A DNA stretch of 63,708 bases, the filler included, from Aduncisulcus paluster (lineage: Eukaryota): NCBI GenBank assembly GCA_024181965.1. It is 4 parts of 4 records of this genome, joined end to end, with 100 filler letters (N's around TTAATTAATTAA, not from the genome) between each part and the next. Parts side by side here need not be neighbours in the genome. Positions count along the whole stretch, not along the records: positions 20,846 to 46,479 come from BQXS01011368.1; positions 46,580 to 50,219 come from BQXS01011370.1; 2 more parts are not named here. One strand, 5' to 3'. The notes below the pieces were generated by a model. It did no database searches. It was not told where the DNA came from and saw nothing but the letters and a program-made list of their open reading frames with translations. The stretch's first letter is position 1. Each line of letters opens with the position of its first letter. Positions 36,874 to 47,613 of this stretch are shown piece by piece. A program made the translations under genes and the position numbers.

Positions 36874-38076
36874 TCAATAACATCTTTCATCATAATTCTC
36901 GGGGTAGAAACTTCTCCAACGAGCGCTAACAGTGTCAATTGGACAGAATATCTCGTTACACCCTTCCATGATTATGGCTTCATCCTGGTACAAAGCCCTG
37001 ATGAAGACTTCATCAGTGGAGACATCCTCAACAAGCTCCAACTGGATGTGAGCAGCGTATGGTGGCCAAGTATAGTCCCAATCACCAATTACACTCATCA
37101 TGGGCGATATAGTGATATCCTGGCCGCTATAGAATCTGAATGTCGGACACACATCAGCGCCACTCTCAACGCAGTCCAGGACACTGTCCCATTCATCGGC
37201 AAGTTCAGTCATGAAACGGCCAATCCCAAGAGATTGGTAGGTGGTCCTATCAGGGGTGTCTGGAACACCACCGTATTCATATTTCATCCTAAAATCGGCA
37301 TACTTGTTCGTTTGGTTGATTTCTTCATAAGTTACAGGGTCGGGGAAAGGAACTCCCTGTGCTGTTCTTGCAGTAAAGTTATCATAGAAGGAATCCCAAC
37401 CATATGTGTATGTGGTATCACCAGTTGCCAAACAGAGGTCCTCACGGTCGCTCTCAAGCTCCGCCATGTAGAAAACCCAGCCTGGTTCCTCGTAGATGGC
37501 ATTACGGACTTCATTGAGCTCGGTACAATGGCTGACATCACTCACCATGGATTCACGGGTATAATCAGTAGTCTCAACTTGGTAATATCCAGAGAAATCA
37601 GGGAACATACCATCGAGCTCACCTTTCAGTGACTGGTGGGTACGGGGGAGATCAACAGAACGGAGTAAGACGCGAGATGGATCATATTCGGATGGTAATA
37701 GTCCATTTCCACTTGATCCATAGATATCTTTCCATTGTTCGCCAAGGGTTTTATGCTCAGAATATCCATTCTCAGTCAATTGACCAAGAGCACAAGAACC
37801 TGGGAGAGTGTTATTATTTTCAGTGTATGTGTAGCGTATAAAGGAATTGGGAAGAGAAGAATAATCTCCTTGCGTGTAGGAATCGATCATCATACCTCCA
37901 CAGTTCCAATCGTAAGGTTCATCAACCAAGGCATGTAAAGCGGCCCTAGCACCATGTCTAGTGATAATTGACGCAAATAAAATGTCATAATTCTCATTTA
38001 CCTCCCATACTTGTTCATAACAGAGAGAAAATGTAAAAAGTGAGATCACAAGTGATAAAATAACAAATAGTTTCAT
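36874..38076 (-). CDS. Secreted/lysosomal histidine acid phosphatase (branch 2)
   Basis: Signal peptide, RHGAR, GQLT..G, RS...RT..S, WPPYAAHI.LEL; the HD motif reads QD. Confidence 0.92.
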   Translation of the reverse strand: MKLFVILSLVISLFTFSLCYEQVWEVNENYDILFASIITRHGARAALHALVDEPYDWNCGGMMIDSYTQGDYSSLPNSFIRYTYTENNNTLPGSCALGQLTENGYSEHKTLGEQWKDIYGSSGNGLLPSEYDPSRVLLRSVDLPRTHQSLKGELDGMFPDFSGYYQVETTDYTRESMVSDVSHCTELNEVRNAIYEEPGWVFYMAELESDREDLCLATGDTTYTYGWDSFYDNFTARTAQGVPFPDPVTYEEINQTNKYADFRMKYEYGGVPDTPDRTTYQSLGIGRFMTELADEWDSVLDCVESGADVCPTFRFYSGQDITISPMMSVIGDWDYTWPPYAAHIQLELVEDVSTDEVFIRALYQDEAIIMEGCNEIFCPIDTVSARWRSFYPENYDERCY

Positions 38077-38487
38077 AAGAAAGATTTTGATGTTTCAACA
38101 ATGTTGTTAAATTGGGCAAATTGCTGAAGATCAACCCAGAAGGTCGAAGAAAAGGTAGTCCGAATCTCAGATCATGTCTTTTCGCTCATTGAAGAATTTT
38201 TATAATATCTTTCTCATAAAAGTCTTGGAAAATACCAATATATATTTTTTTTTCGAATTGACATGTTTATTATTTTGTCAGAACAAAAGAAAAAACCACT
38301 TCGAGAATATAAACGAAAAAATCCATATCTTGAAGTGGATAAGAGAAATTAATTCCAAGAAAAAATGGAATTCGATGATAAAATGTCAGCAAACATGGCT
38401 GATAACGGGAGAGAAATGTGGGGTATAGAAGGTATAGAAATAAGGAAATCAAAGTTAGTGAGTAAAAAATATGAAGGGAAACATCAA

Positions 38488-39411
38488 TCAATGGCCTTTT
38501 CGAGTGGAAGATAACTCTAAACTCGTAGATTTAGGTTTTCTTCCTCTCTTCCGGCATTTTTGTGACCGCAATTTAAAGTCTGAAGTTTCAATCAATTCTA
38601 GGGAGGACAATAATACTTTGGGGTTAAATCTATGGTTTTTCAACCATTGGGATATCGGGTCGTAAATAATTGAGATGAGAGAAGTCTTTTTCTCTTTGGA
38701 GAGATCCAGAGATTCACAGAGGTTGGAAATGAGAACTTCAAGAAATTTATACGTGAAAGCTCGCTCATTTTCAAGATCAGGGGCCGTTTCAAAAAATGAA
38801 TGATGAATGGACCGGAATATTAGCTTGAATATAATCTTAGAACAAGATTGCAGCCTTCGGGAGCACCCAAGATGCTTGTTCTTGAAGAATCCACTACACA
38901 GCATCTTGTATGTCAATCCAGTCCTCTGTGATGAACATAGAGCCTCAAAATACTTGCGACGGCGCCTGCCAAAGCTGTGATCGACACTACATCCAAGATA
39001 AAACGAAACAAGACCAAGCATGATGCCAAGAGAGTAAAATTCGTCATATTGGGCTGCGGTTAGTCGACATTTTCGAACAGAAGTGGGAGGAGAAGGGAGT
39101 GGTGAAACTCGAGGCAGCTCTGAGACAATATCATCAGCTGGAAGAGTATTTGGAGCGTAAATTGGAAGATAGGAAAGCGTGGAGTGTTCACATACTGGTA
39201 GTAAAAACATTTCTGGAACACTGGAAGGAGAGGGAGTTGACAATGTATCTGCAAAATGAGGCTCAGAATATGGGAACAACAAATCGGAATGTATGTCTCT
39301 GGTGTCAGAATTTGACGCAGATCCAGGAGAAGATTCAGAAGGGGTCGATGATAGGATTCTGGCAACTCTTGAATTTTCATGGAAAGGAAACAAAGAGGAG
39401 ATCTGGCTCAT
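38488..39411 (-). CDS. Hypothetical protein (Ser/Pro-rich N-terminus, basic C-terminus)
   Basis: 307-codon ATG ORF. Confidence 0.65.
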   Translation of the reverse strand: MSQISSLFPFHENSRVARILSSTPSESSPGSASNSDTRDIHSDLLFPYSEPHFADTLSTPSPSSVPEMFLLPVCEHSTLSYLPIYAPNTLPADDIVSELPRVSPLPSPPTSVRKCRLTAAQYDEFYSLGIMLGLVSFYLGCSVDHSFGRRRRKYFEALCSSQRTGLTYKMLCSGFFKNKHLGCSRRLQSCSKIIFKLIFRSIHHSFFETAPDLENERAFTYKFLEVLISNLCESLDLSKEKKTSLISIIYDPISQWLKNHRFNPKVLLSSLELIETSDFKLRSQKCRKRGRKPKSTSLELSSTRKGH

Positions 39412-40284
39412 TTAGAGAAAATGATAGAAGTTGAAATATGATGTAAAAATGGCAAATTATTTTTATGTTTGCAAGAAAAGAAAAAACTGAATCACTTCTA
39501 TGTTTGAGATGTAATTATCCTTTATATTACCAAATATATGTGTTGCAGTACTTGTTAACATTGAATAATTTTTTTGTTATGAGGAACTAAGAGGATTTAG
39601 GCCTCTGTCAATATTTCTCTCACACTGGCCCAGTCAACTTTACTCAAGTCGAGGTGAACTCGAACGGACAGAGATCGTCTGGTCGAAGAGTAGACACAAA
39701 AACCACGGCCAAAATAGAGAAAGAAAAAGGTTGCTGTGAGCTCGGCAATATCATAAATTTATTAAAGAGTAAGAGACTAACATTAATGAGTTGGCAGCCA
39801 ACTGTTGGCTCAAGTGTATTTTGAGAAATAACCTTAAGTTTGGAGACAACTTCTCATTGATGAAAATACAAATGAGTATTCAATAAAAAAAACATAAAGG
39901 ATTATGGGAATAAACCTAAAACAGAATTTGAGTCTTCGATCAAGAGATGAGGAAGAACAACGGAATTACACAGAGATACGCAGATGTGAGATGAGAAAAT
40001 GAACATACCCAGGGAATCAATAGAAATAAACAAGATTATTATCAATTTCAGAAAAAATTAAATTAAAAAATGACCATCAAAATGTAATGTTGGAAAAGAA
40101 TAACATGTGTGTCAACAACTACACGAATCAGTTTTAGTTCTTCAATAAATACAAGATCTTTCTTCAAGAGAGTGACTTTCCCATACAATGAGAAAGCCAC
40201 ATCTTTATCAATCAATATAAATATTTAATGAAGGCTATTATTATTATTATATAAATTGTATTTTATGGTGATTACCGCTGATTC

Positions 40285-42465
40285 CTATTCATGTTTTCCA
40301 ACCATCAAAATATCTCCCGGATCGACTTTAACACCTTTTAAGATTGCATCGTCAATTCTAATCCTCATCACTGCGTAGGCCTCTTCCAAGTCGCGAACAA
40401 AACCTTTTGTATCGAACAAACCCAATGATTCAACCCTTGCCTTCAGAATCCTTCCTCTTACCTTCTTGACGAACTCATGGTCAAACGCCAAACGATGAGC
40501 AATTTGGACCATTTCTTCCTTGTTTCTACACACACAGCATGACAGATTGATGGACTTCAGCATGCTGGATGTTATTCTGTTACACATCTTATCTCCCATC
40601 TGACATATTACAGGCACACCACACCATAGGGCATCAGAAGTAAGGAACATACCATCACAGAGCGGGGATTCGAATGCAACGTCAAACATCATGCAACGAC
40701 GGATATGTAAATGCCGAGGCTGCTTTGGAAGTCTGATCATATGGTGTGAATCAAACCCAACAGACTCACACTCTTTCTGAAGGTTGACATAAGCTTCATC
40801 ATTGGCCATCTCCATGCATATGTAGCACTGACATGAGGCCTCAGTCCATCCTAGATCTCTCCTCCTCGCTGCAATGGATTTCAATATGCCCAAGAAAAGC
40901 CTGAACGTCTCCCTGTCTAATTTATACATGGGGGACAAGAATCCACACACATAAGCCTCGACAGGGATTCCGTATATTTCACGCAGAACCTGCCTGCCTC
41001 GTTTCATTGAAAAGGCCAGAGTAGGCTCCCCTTTAAAGATGGATACATGCTCCGTGATACCCTTAAGATTGGATGGAGGGGAACAGTTCTTGAGTTCCCC
41101 TTCAATGTCAAACACGGGACAAGTAGCTGGTCCAAGGGCGGCATCCAACTCCCTCGATTTCTCCCTCTCGTATGTTGAGACAGTATAATGAACAGAAATG
41201 TCAACAGTGTCACGTTGTTCTTGGTCTTCATCTGAAATGTCTTCACTGTCTCTCTCTGTGCTTACTCTGACATCCTCTTCTTCCACAGCCTCGGTTTCAT
41301 CCTTGGTCTGGGTGCTGGATACTGATGTGAGTTGGGAGACACCGGGCAAACATCCACCTTTTTGTTGAATTTGCTTAACGCATACATCTAAATTCAATTC
41401 TACCTCCTCATCGGCACAGATCAAGGCACGATCGACAAGATCATACCCACAAGGGATACAGCATTCCCGAACACTGATTGTGGCTTCGGAGAGGTATGTG
41501 GCACGGTCACTATCCGTGATTACAGTGGAATCTGCCAAGATATAGTCAAAATATGCGGCCTGCATTGAGGAATGATATCCAAAAGCACTGACCTGGACAA
41601 TGCCTGGTCGAAGGGCAATAATGGGATTAACTTCACGAGAATACGAGAGAAAGGCATCGGTAGATACAACAATGTCCGGCTTGTGGGCAGCCACTCGCCG
41701 AGCACAGTGATAAACACTGGCTGAGGTTGGAACCCAATCAAAAGAGTCAACACAGCTTTCCAAATGCCTCGTCCAAATGTTGGATCTGGTATGATTCACA
41801 CAAAATAACGTAATATGAAATTTTGAACGATCATGTTTGGAAAGGAAAGAACTTAAGAATTGAGTACGCTTATTCTTCCCGCACATGCTTGTAATATATA
41901 AAACACGAGTTCTAGTGTCAAATGATGGCATAACAATTGAACCACTATCATCAGAACGGCATATGGAAGCAGATGAACGTCTCTTGCCGATATCTAACTC
42001 CTGTTCATGTAATTTTTCAACTTCATCTTCTTTTAATTCAATTCTCCTTTTAATCCAAGCTTCTAACAAAGGTTGAGGCCTTACTTCAGGTCGCCCACCA
42101 CGAGCTAGAGAAGCTATCATTTCAATGGCTGTGGAATGAACTTTGCAGAGATCTGTACTTTGTTGAGGGGATAAAGGAAGCCCAATTCCTCTAAAAGGTT
42201 CAATGAGGGGACATTGATTATTTTCTAATTGTTTAGAAAGGGTTGCAAACATTGGTTTCTCCCATTTTTCATACCCTTCCCAATCGCACAAAACTGTCTG
42301 AAGATAAACTAATAAATACATAGCTCCCATATGATCAGGGTTCATTTCGAGAACGGTTATACATTGCTTTAAAGATTCATTGAAATTGGATTGAAAAAAC
42401 ATAGAGAGTGCATATTGGAGTCTAAACCCGCATTCATCTTCCAAACTAGGTTTTAGCTCACTCAT
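40285..42465 (-). CDS. GT41 O-GlcNAc transferase (OGT/SEC)-like protein with a minimal TPR region
   Basis: LQTVLCDW, ALRPGIVQVS, YFDYILAD, PMYKLD, DALWCGVPVI, R.TSSML, LFDT..FVRDLE. Confidence 0.88.
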   Translation of the reverse strand: MSELKPSLEDECGFRLQYALSMFFQSNFNESLKQCITVLEMNPDHMGAMYLLVYLQTVLCDWEGYEKWEKPMFATLSKQLENNQCPLIEPFRGIGLPLSPQQSTDLCKVHSTAIEMIASLARGGRPEVRPQPLLEAWIKRRIELKEDEVEKLHEQELDIGKRRSSASICRSDDSGSIVMPSFDTRTRVLYITSMCGKNKRTQFLSSFLSKHDRSKFHITLFCVNHTRSNIWTRHLESCVDSFDWVPTSASVYHCARRVAAHKPDIVVSTDAFLSYSREVNPIIALRPGIVQVSAFGYHSSMQAAYFDYILADSTVITDSDRATYLSEATISVRECCIPCGYDLVDRALICADEEVELNLDVCVKQIQQKGGCLPGVSQLTSVSSTQTKDETEAVEEEDVRVSTERDSEDISDEDQEQRDTVDISVHYTVSTYEREKSRELDAALGPATCPVFDIEGELKNCSPPSNLKGITEHVSIFKGEPTLAFSMKRGRQVLREIYGIPVEAYVCGFLSPMYKLDRETFRLFLGILKSIAARRRDLGWTEASCQCYICMEMANDEAYVNLQKECESVGFDSHHMIRLPKQPRHLHIRRCMMFDVAFESPLCDGMFLTSDALWCGVPVICQMGDKMCNRITSSMLKSINLSCCVCRNKEEMVQIAHRLAFDHEFVKKVRGRILKARVESLGLFDTKGFVRDLEEAYAVMRIRIDDAILKGVKVDPGDILMVGKHE

Positions 42466-42820
42466 AAAAAATATATAGAAAAATAATTAGGCAAAAAAAC
42501 TTAAATAAATTCAGCGTTTGAACGTGTTTGACGGAACAGAATGATCATGACCTATCCGATAAATGGGGCGATGACAAAATAATGCGAGAAAAAATTGATA
42601 TTAGCTATGATATTAATAAATATGTTATTCATTTTAGTCATCAAGTTCATTTTGGAGGACGAGACACCTTCAATGTTTTTAACTCGAGATCTGCATACAT
42701 GAATCACGATCTATTGAAAATTTTGAATAAATATTATCCGTTTTTATTTGTTTTATACCCAAAAGCTAGTAATGAATCAATTGGTAGAATTTTCAATTTA
42801 AATCGAACGATTTTGATCCA

Positions 42821-44029
42821 ATGGAAGTTTTTTCTCTTAAATCTGACATATCCTTGCTACATTGGCTTGATATTAACGCGTTATTAGTGATAAATGACGA
42901 TGGAATACCCGGTATTCTCACCTTTTTTGAAAAGAGTGAACAGGATATTGATCAAGAAGAAGGATCCAGATTTGAGATTATCCATACTGATCCACCAGCA
43001 TCACCCGATGCCTTTCCATGTTATCTTCCCACTTCTTCAGTTTCTCTGTTTGATTTAAAGTCAGTTCTTGTTGGTCATATGGATGGGTCTGTATCGTTAT
43101 ATGAATATTCTCCCGATAGATCTTCAATTCTGAAACGAGAACCTGGATCTCTCAAACATTTTTCTTCTAAAGTTTTCCATGCATCCCCCATCACTTCCAT
43201 ATCCTCCAATAGAGTCAATCATTCAGTTTGTCTTGGATACGAAGATGGCACAGTTTTATTTTTTAATGATTATAAAGATATTTTTAATGCTGAACGGTCA
43301 CCATCCCTGGAATTTTGTTCCGGTGGTTCCGCCATTCTTTCCAGTGCTATCATGAGTCCAAATATTCTTGTCACGGGTTCTCTTGGTGGGATTATCCGTG
43401 TCCATGATACCCGTAAGTTCACAAGTGGAGTATGTCGGCCAATTGCCTCCTTTTCGATGCCAAACCCAACATATGGAGATGCATGTGCTGCTGGCTGGTT
43501 AGGGCAAGAAGAATTGTCTTCATCGGCTGAATATCCATTATTTTCGTCCAGTATTGATGCACTGAATGCTGTTACGAGTATGTATTCGCATTCCGTCCAT
43601 TCGACTCAGATTTTTTGTGGCTCGGCGTGTGGAATGATAGCCCTGTTTGATATTAAAGCTATCACAGCTCCATCGGTCACAATGGGGAAGAAATATTCTC
43701 TTGATTCTGATACAAGTTATATTGACATTGGTGAGTTCTCTCGTGTCTCTTTGATATGGCATAGCTTGGCTCATCGAGGATCTGTTACATCATTAACTGC
43801 CGATGGATCTCTCGGACATATCATTTCTGGCGGTGAGGACGGAAGAGTGTGTCTTTTTGATCACTTGAAACTCGATGCTACAAAGTCTGAGGTGATGGAT
43901 TCTGGAAAGTCGGCCATTATTGGACTCAGTGTTATCAGTGGAAGTGCTTTTGGGGGGATCTTTACTGTGGCTGCTGTTCGTGAGGACAAAACACTTTCGA
44001 TTTCAAACCGTGAACTGGAAAAGGTTTGA
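42821..44029 (+). CDS. WD40-repeat protein (Nup43-like, tentative)
   Basis: Repeated G..DG.V..F/YD, AHRGSVTSL, ISGGEDGRVCLFD. Confidence 0.75.
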   Translation: MEVFSLKSDISLLHWLDINALLVINDDGIPGILTFFEKSEQDIDQEEGSRFEIIHTDPPASPDAFPCYLPTSSVSLFDLKSVLVGHMDGSVSLYEYSPDRSSILKREPGSLKHFSSKVFHASPITSISSNRVNHSVCLGYEDGTVLFFNDYKDIFNAERSPSLEFCSGGSAILSSAIMSPNILVTGSLGGIIRVHDTRKFTSGVCRPIASFSMPNPTYGDACAAGWLGQEELSSSAEYPLFSSSIDALNAVTSMYSHSVHSTQIFCGSACGMIALFDIKAITAPSVTMGKKYSLDSDTSYIDIGEFSRVSLIWHSLAHRGSVTSLTADGSLGHIISGGEDGRVCLFDHLKLDATKSEVMDSGKSAIIGLSVISGSAFGGIFTVAAVREDKTLSISNRELEKV

Positions 44030-45362
44030 AAACAATGTTTTTTGAAAACATGTTACCCTCCATTAGTTGTGAGTTATGATGTGAAAATAAATCCGTCTGT
44101 TCAGATCTGTTGTCGTAAGAGAGCATATTCATAGATCTAGTCGTAATATGATAGAAATATAACAGAAACAGAACAGAAAAGGGGCAGAATAGTTATTTTG
44201 TTGATCGAGGAGTTGTAAGTTGCTAGAGCTTGGAGTGAGCAAATATGTGAAATGATGATATCATTCATTTAGAGCAACCATCTTGGTCCTCCGCGCTCCN
44301 NNNNNNNNNNNNNNNNNNNCTGTTCAGATCTGTTGTCGTAAGAGAGCATATTCATAGATCTAGTCGTAATATGATAGAAATATAACAGAAACAGAACAGA
44401 AAAGGGGCAGAATAGTTATTTTGTTGATCGAGGAGTTGTAAGTTGCTAGAGCTTGGAGTGAGCAAATATGTGAAATGATGATATCATTCATTTAGAGCAA
44501 CCATCTTGGTCCTCCGCGCTCCATCATATCAATAAGATCTTTGTTTCGCATCCTCAACTTGACAACTTTCTCTGTCATTGATTTGTAGGGAAAAGCATCG
44601 AGATGTGATGCCATTTCTGGATGATCGAGAGAAGCATGTTTTAGCTTTCTCCATCTGTTGCTTTCTCTTTAACCACCACACTATCCATCCACCCAGCCAC
44701 AATTGAGAGTCGGACAATTTCTTTTCAGCCTCACCCAATCAACAGATACAGAAATATTCATGTTTTTACATTTCAAGACAAGCTGTCACGGTTGTATCAA
44801 TATTACATTATATTTACCATTGAAGATCCAGATTCATAACTCATAATGTCACGAACTTCAATGAAATTACTTCAGTAATCCCCCCAATAGCATAAGTTGT
44901 CCTTTATCATAAGGAAATCAAGCCAGTACATTGAAAATTGTTGTCAATCTGGATTCATGAATGCAATTAATAAACAATAAAGATGGGAAAACACGATCCA
45001 TATATTTCTGAAGCAAGGAAATGAGCTTTATAAGAGACAACTCCAAAGAATGGACTCCAGCGCCTCGTTTAGTGGGACTCTCGCCAAACTATTTTATATT
45101 CTCGTGGAACAAATAAGAATATGTTCATGTATCGTCGTTCCATTGTTCTCATCTTTTGTCACCTCAATAATATAACTCACGCAACAACCTCAAGCATTTC
45201 CTCCAGTTTGAAAAACATCTGACATTTCAAGTTGCTCGAAAGTATGTATTAATTGCCCATATACCCCGATTGACAAGATTATTTACTCACATTAACCTGC
45301 ATTTCGTCGTATAAGTCTGCTTTTATTGTTTTTACCCCTTTAAACCATCCCCACGGCCAAGA

Positions 45363-46479
45363 ATGTCTGCATTTTCCAACCATCAAAACGATCATTTTAT
45401 ATCGAAAATGTCCTTTCCTAATTTATTTGTCAACTCCAACGATTCTCTTTTTTCATCCTTTGGCTCTTTCTCTGTCGAAGATTCTTTGAACTCACCGTGT
45501 TTGTCGTTCCACAATTCCCCTTTATTTATATTTGTCGACAAAGAATCTCGAACAATACGTCCATCTTCTCAATATTTTTCTCCTTGGTGTCCATTTTCCC
45601 CTTGCTATGATTTCGATCACCATTGCTGCTCTCTTGCCGAGCATTTCTGTAAGCACACGAAAGTTTACCCTGATTATGACAACGAGTGCCGTCCTTCCCA
45701 TCCTGTTTTGACACAATTGGTTCTTCAAGATCTTCACCACCCTTTCAATGACAAGTTGTCAAGATCTCCAATATCTCCAATATCCCAGCACGGTTCAATT
45801 TCTCAGCATGGTTCAATTTCTCAGATGTCTCAGATATCGACTCCTCTAAGTTCTTCTTCACGGCCATCCTCCCAAGATCACTCTGAGGCTTTATCCCACA
45901 CTTCATCGTCTGGTCCAGCCCTTGCATCTCTTCTCCTGTTTTTCATGCTTCCTTGTTTATTCTTTGTGCCGGATCATATCCATCCGAACCATCTTTATGC
46001 CGGTTCTCCCTTTTTAATGTTCTTCTTCCTGTTAGTGTTTCTGGTTCTATCACTATCTCTAGCATTATTACTATCACTCTCATCATGGTTATTGTCCACT
46101 GACCCTGTCAATTGCTTTCTTTCTTTCACGGCCTCTTTGTTTCCATGTTCTTCCTCATCCTCAAAGATACTCAATGAACATCGACATCCTTCGTCTCATA
46201 TCACCTGCTCTTTAAAGCCCTTAAAGTCCTTGAAGTCCTTGAAGCTCTTGAAGTCCTTGAAGTCCTTGAAGCTCTTGAAGTCTTTAAATCAGAGCAATCG
46301 TGATGGTCATGCACATCGTTTGTTCTTGCTCTTCACTCGGATGCTCTTCTTCATGGTTATATGTTCATCAATATGCATGGTCTCTGCTGAAGTTGAAATA
46401 TCCATCCCCGATGCAAACCTTCGAGCTGCTGTGTGTTCTGCTCTTGGTTTCTCCTCTGATTGTTCTTACATCACTGACA
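45363..46479 (+). CDS. N-terminus of an LRR/internalin-cap-like surface protein, truncated at the linker
   Basis: Hydrophobic segments, a signal-like MLFFMVICSSICMVSA (ATG 46341), then IPDANLRAAVCSALG. Confidence 0.6.
46215..46286 (+). repeat. Coding 9-bp minisatellite (AAGTCCTTG/AAGCTCTTG, 8 units; KSL/KLL)
   Basis: Read directly; contains a duplicated 27-bp higher-order unit. Confidence 0.85.
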
Positions 46480-46579
46480 NNNNNNNNNNNNNNNNNNNNN
46501 NNNNNNNNNNNNNNNNNNNNNNNTTAATTAATTAANNNNNNNNNNNNNNNNNNNNNNNNNNNNNNNNNNNNNNNNNNNN
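46480..46579. other. Artificial contig linker N44-TTAATTAATTAA-N44
   Basis: Same construct as at 20746. Confidence 0.97.
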
Positions 46580-47008
46580 TTGATCAATCTGGTCGGACTT
46601 TTGTGTCTTGTTGTTGGAGTTTTCGTTACAATGGGAACTTTCTCGTCCGGATTTGTCATGAGAACAACCCATCCGGAATTATCAGCCTGTGAGACTGTTA
46701 GTAGATGCTGGGGTGCTGGAAAGGCTCATGGCAATATGTGGACAGCCGGTTTGGTTGTCTTTTTGTGGTTCCTTGCTGTATTCGTAATTTCTTTCCTTTT
46801 GGGTCTTGTTATGGGAGTATTCATGGGTTCATTCTTGTTCTGGATATTCTTTATAATTGTAACCTTGTTCGGTCTGGTAGCTTTCGGTATCTTTATCTGC
46901 CTCGCTGTCATATTCAACGTTACATCTGACCCGACACATGCAACTGTGACATCCTCTGGCAACTCGCATTTTAACCAAAGACCTATGGTTGGAAACGCAA
47001 GATTCTAA
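46580..47008 (+). CDS. Multi-pass membrane protein, paralog A (5'-truncated by the linker)
   Basis: Aligns with the C-terminal half of the 47614..48486 gene (INL.GLLCLVVGVF.TMGTFSSGFVMRTTHPELSA...HGNMW..G...NVTSDP). Confidence 0.8.
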   Translation: MINLVGLLCLVVGVFVTMGTFSSGFVMRTTHPELSACETVSRCWGAGKAHGNMWTAGLVVFLWFLAVFVISFLLGLVMGVFMGSFLFWIFFIIVTLFGLVAFGIFICLAVIFNVTSDPTHATVTSSGNSHFNQRPMVGNARF

Positions 47009-47038
47009 TTTTAACGAAAATACAAATTGTTGAAATGT

Positions 47039-47225
47039 AGTAGTTTATTCGGTAAATCCCGGTTTAGCCGGTTATTGAGCAAGACATGCTCCAAACAAGA
47101 AAAAATAAAGACAAAAAGAAAATAATGGGCAAAAAACATATAGTCAGCAACAAATCATATAGAGTAGAGATTAAACCATTCTAATGGCGAGTACCAATAT
47201 ATTGGAGTTGGAAAGCTTAAAGTAC
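47039..47225 (-). mobile_element. 187-bp 5'-truncated retroelement-like insertion with a 34-bp target-site duplication
   Basis: Flanked by identical CTAATTTTAACGAAAATACAAATTGTTGAAATGT at 47005-47038 and 47226-47259; the body matches the 3' end of the 21-kb copy in inverted orientation. Confidence 0.85.
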
Positions 47226-47613
47226 CTAATTTTAACGAAAATACAAATTGTTGAAATGTGAATTTTTATATGTTGCAATCGATTCTACTTTGTCAATGCC
47301 GAGATAATCGGCTTTGTATTGCAACATAATGTTATATTACTGAGAAGCTTACTAGTTTTTGAATCAATAAACGACAAAAAACAATCCGAAACTCATCCCT
47401 TTATAAATTAATGTTAAAATCACAAAAATTAATTGAAACCATATTATAAAAAACAATGCTGATATGGATTTTAGCATGATTCAGAGTATAATTAAGTATT
47501 TTAATGGTAAATTTCATCCGATCAACTTTTGAGTCAAGATAAAAATAGAGGCCAGTCTTCGAGCCAATATTTCCTATTTTCTTCGCACAATTCCATAATC
47601 ATTACATTTAGAA

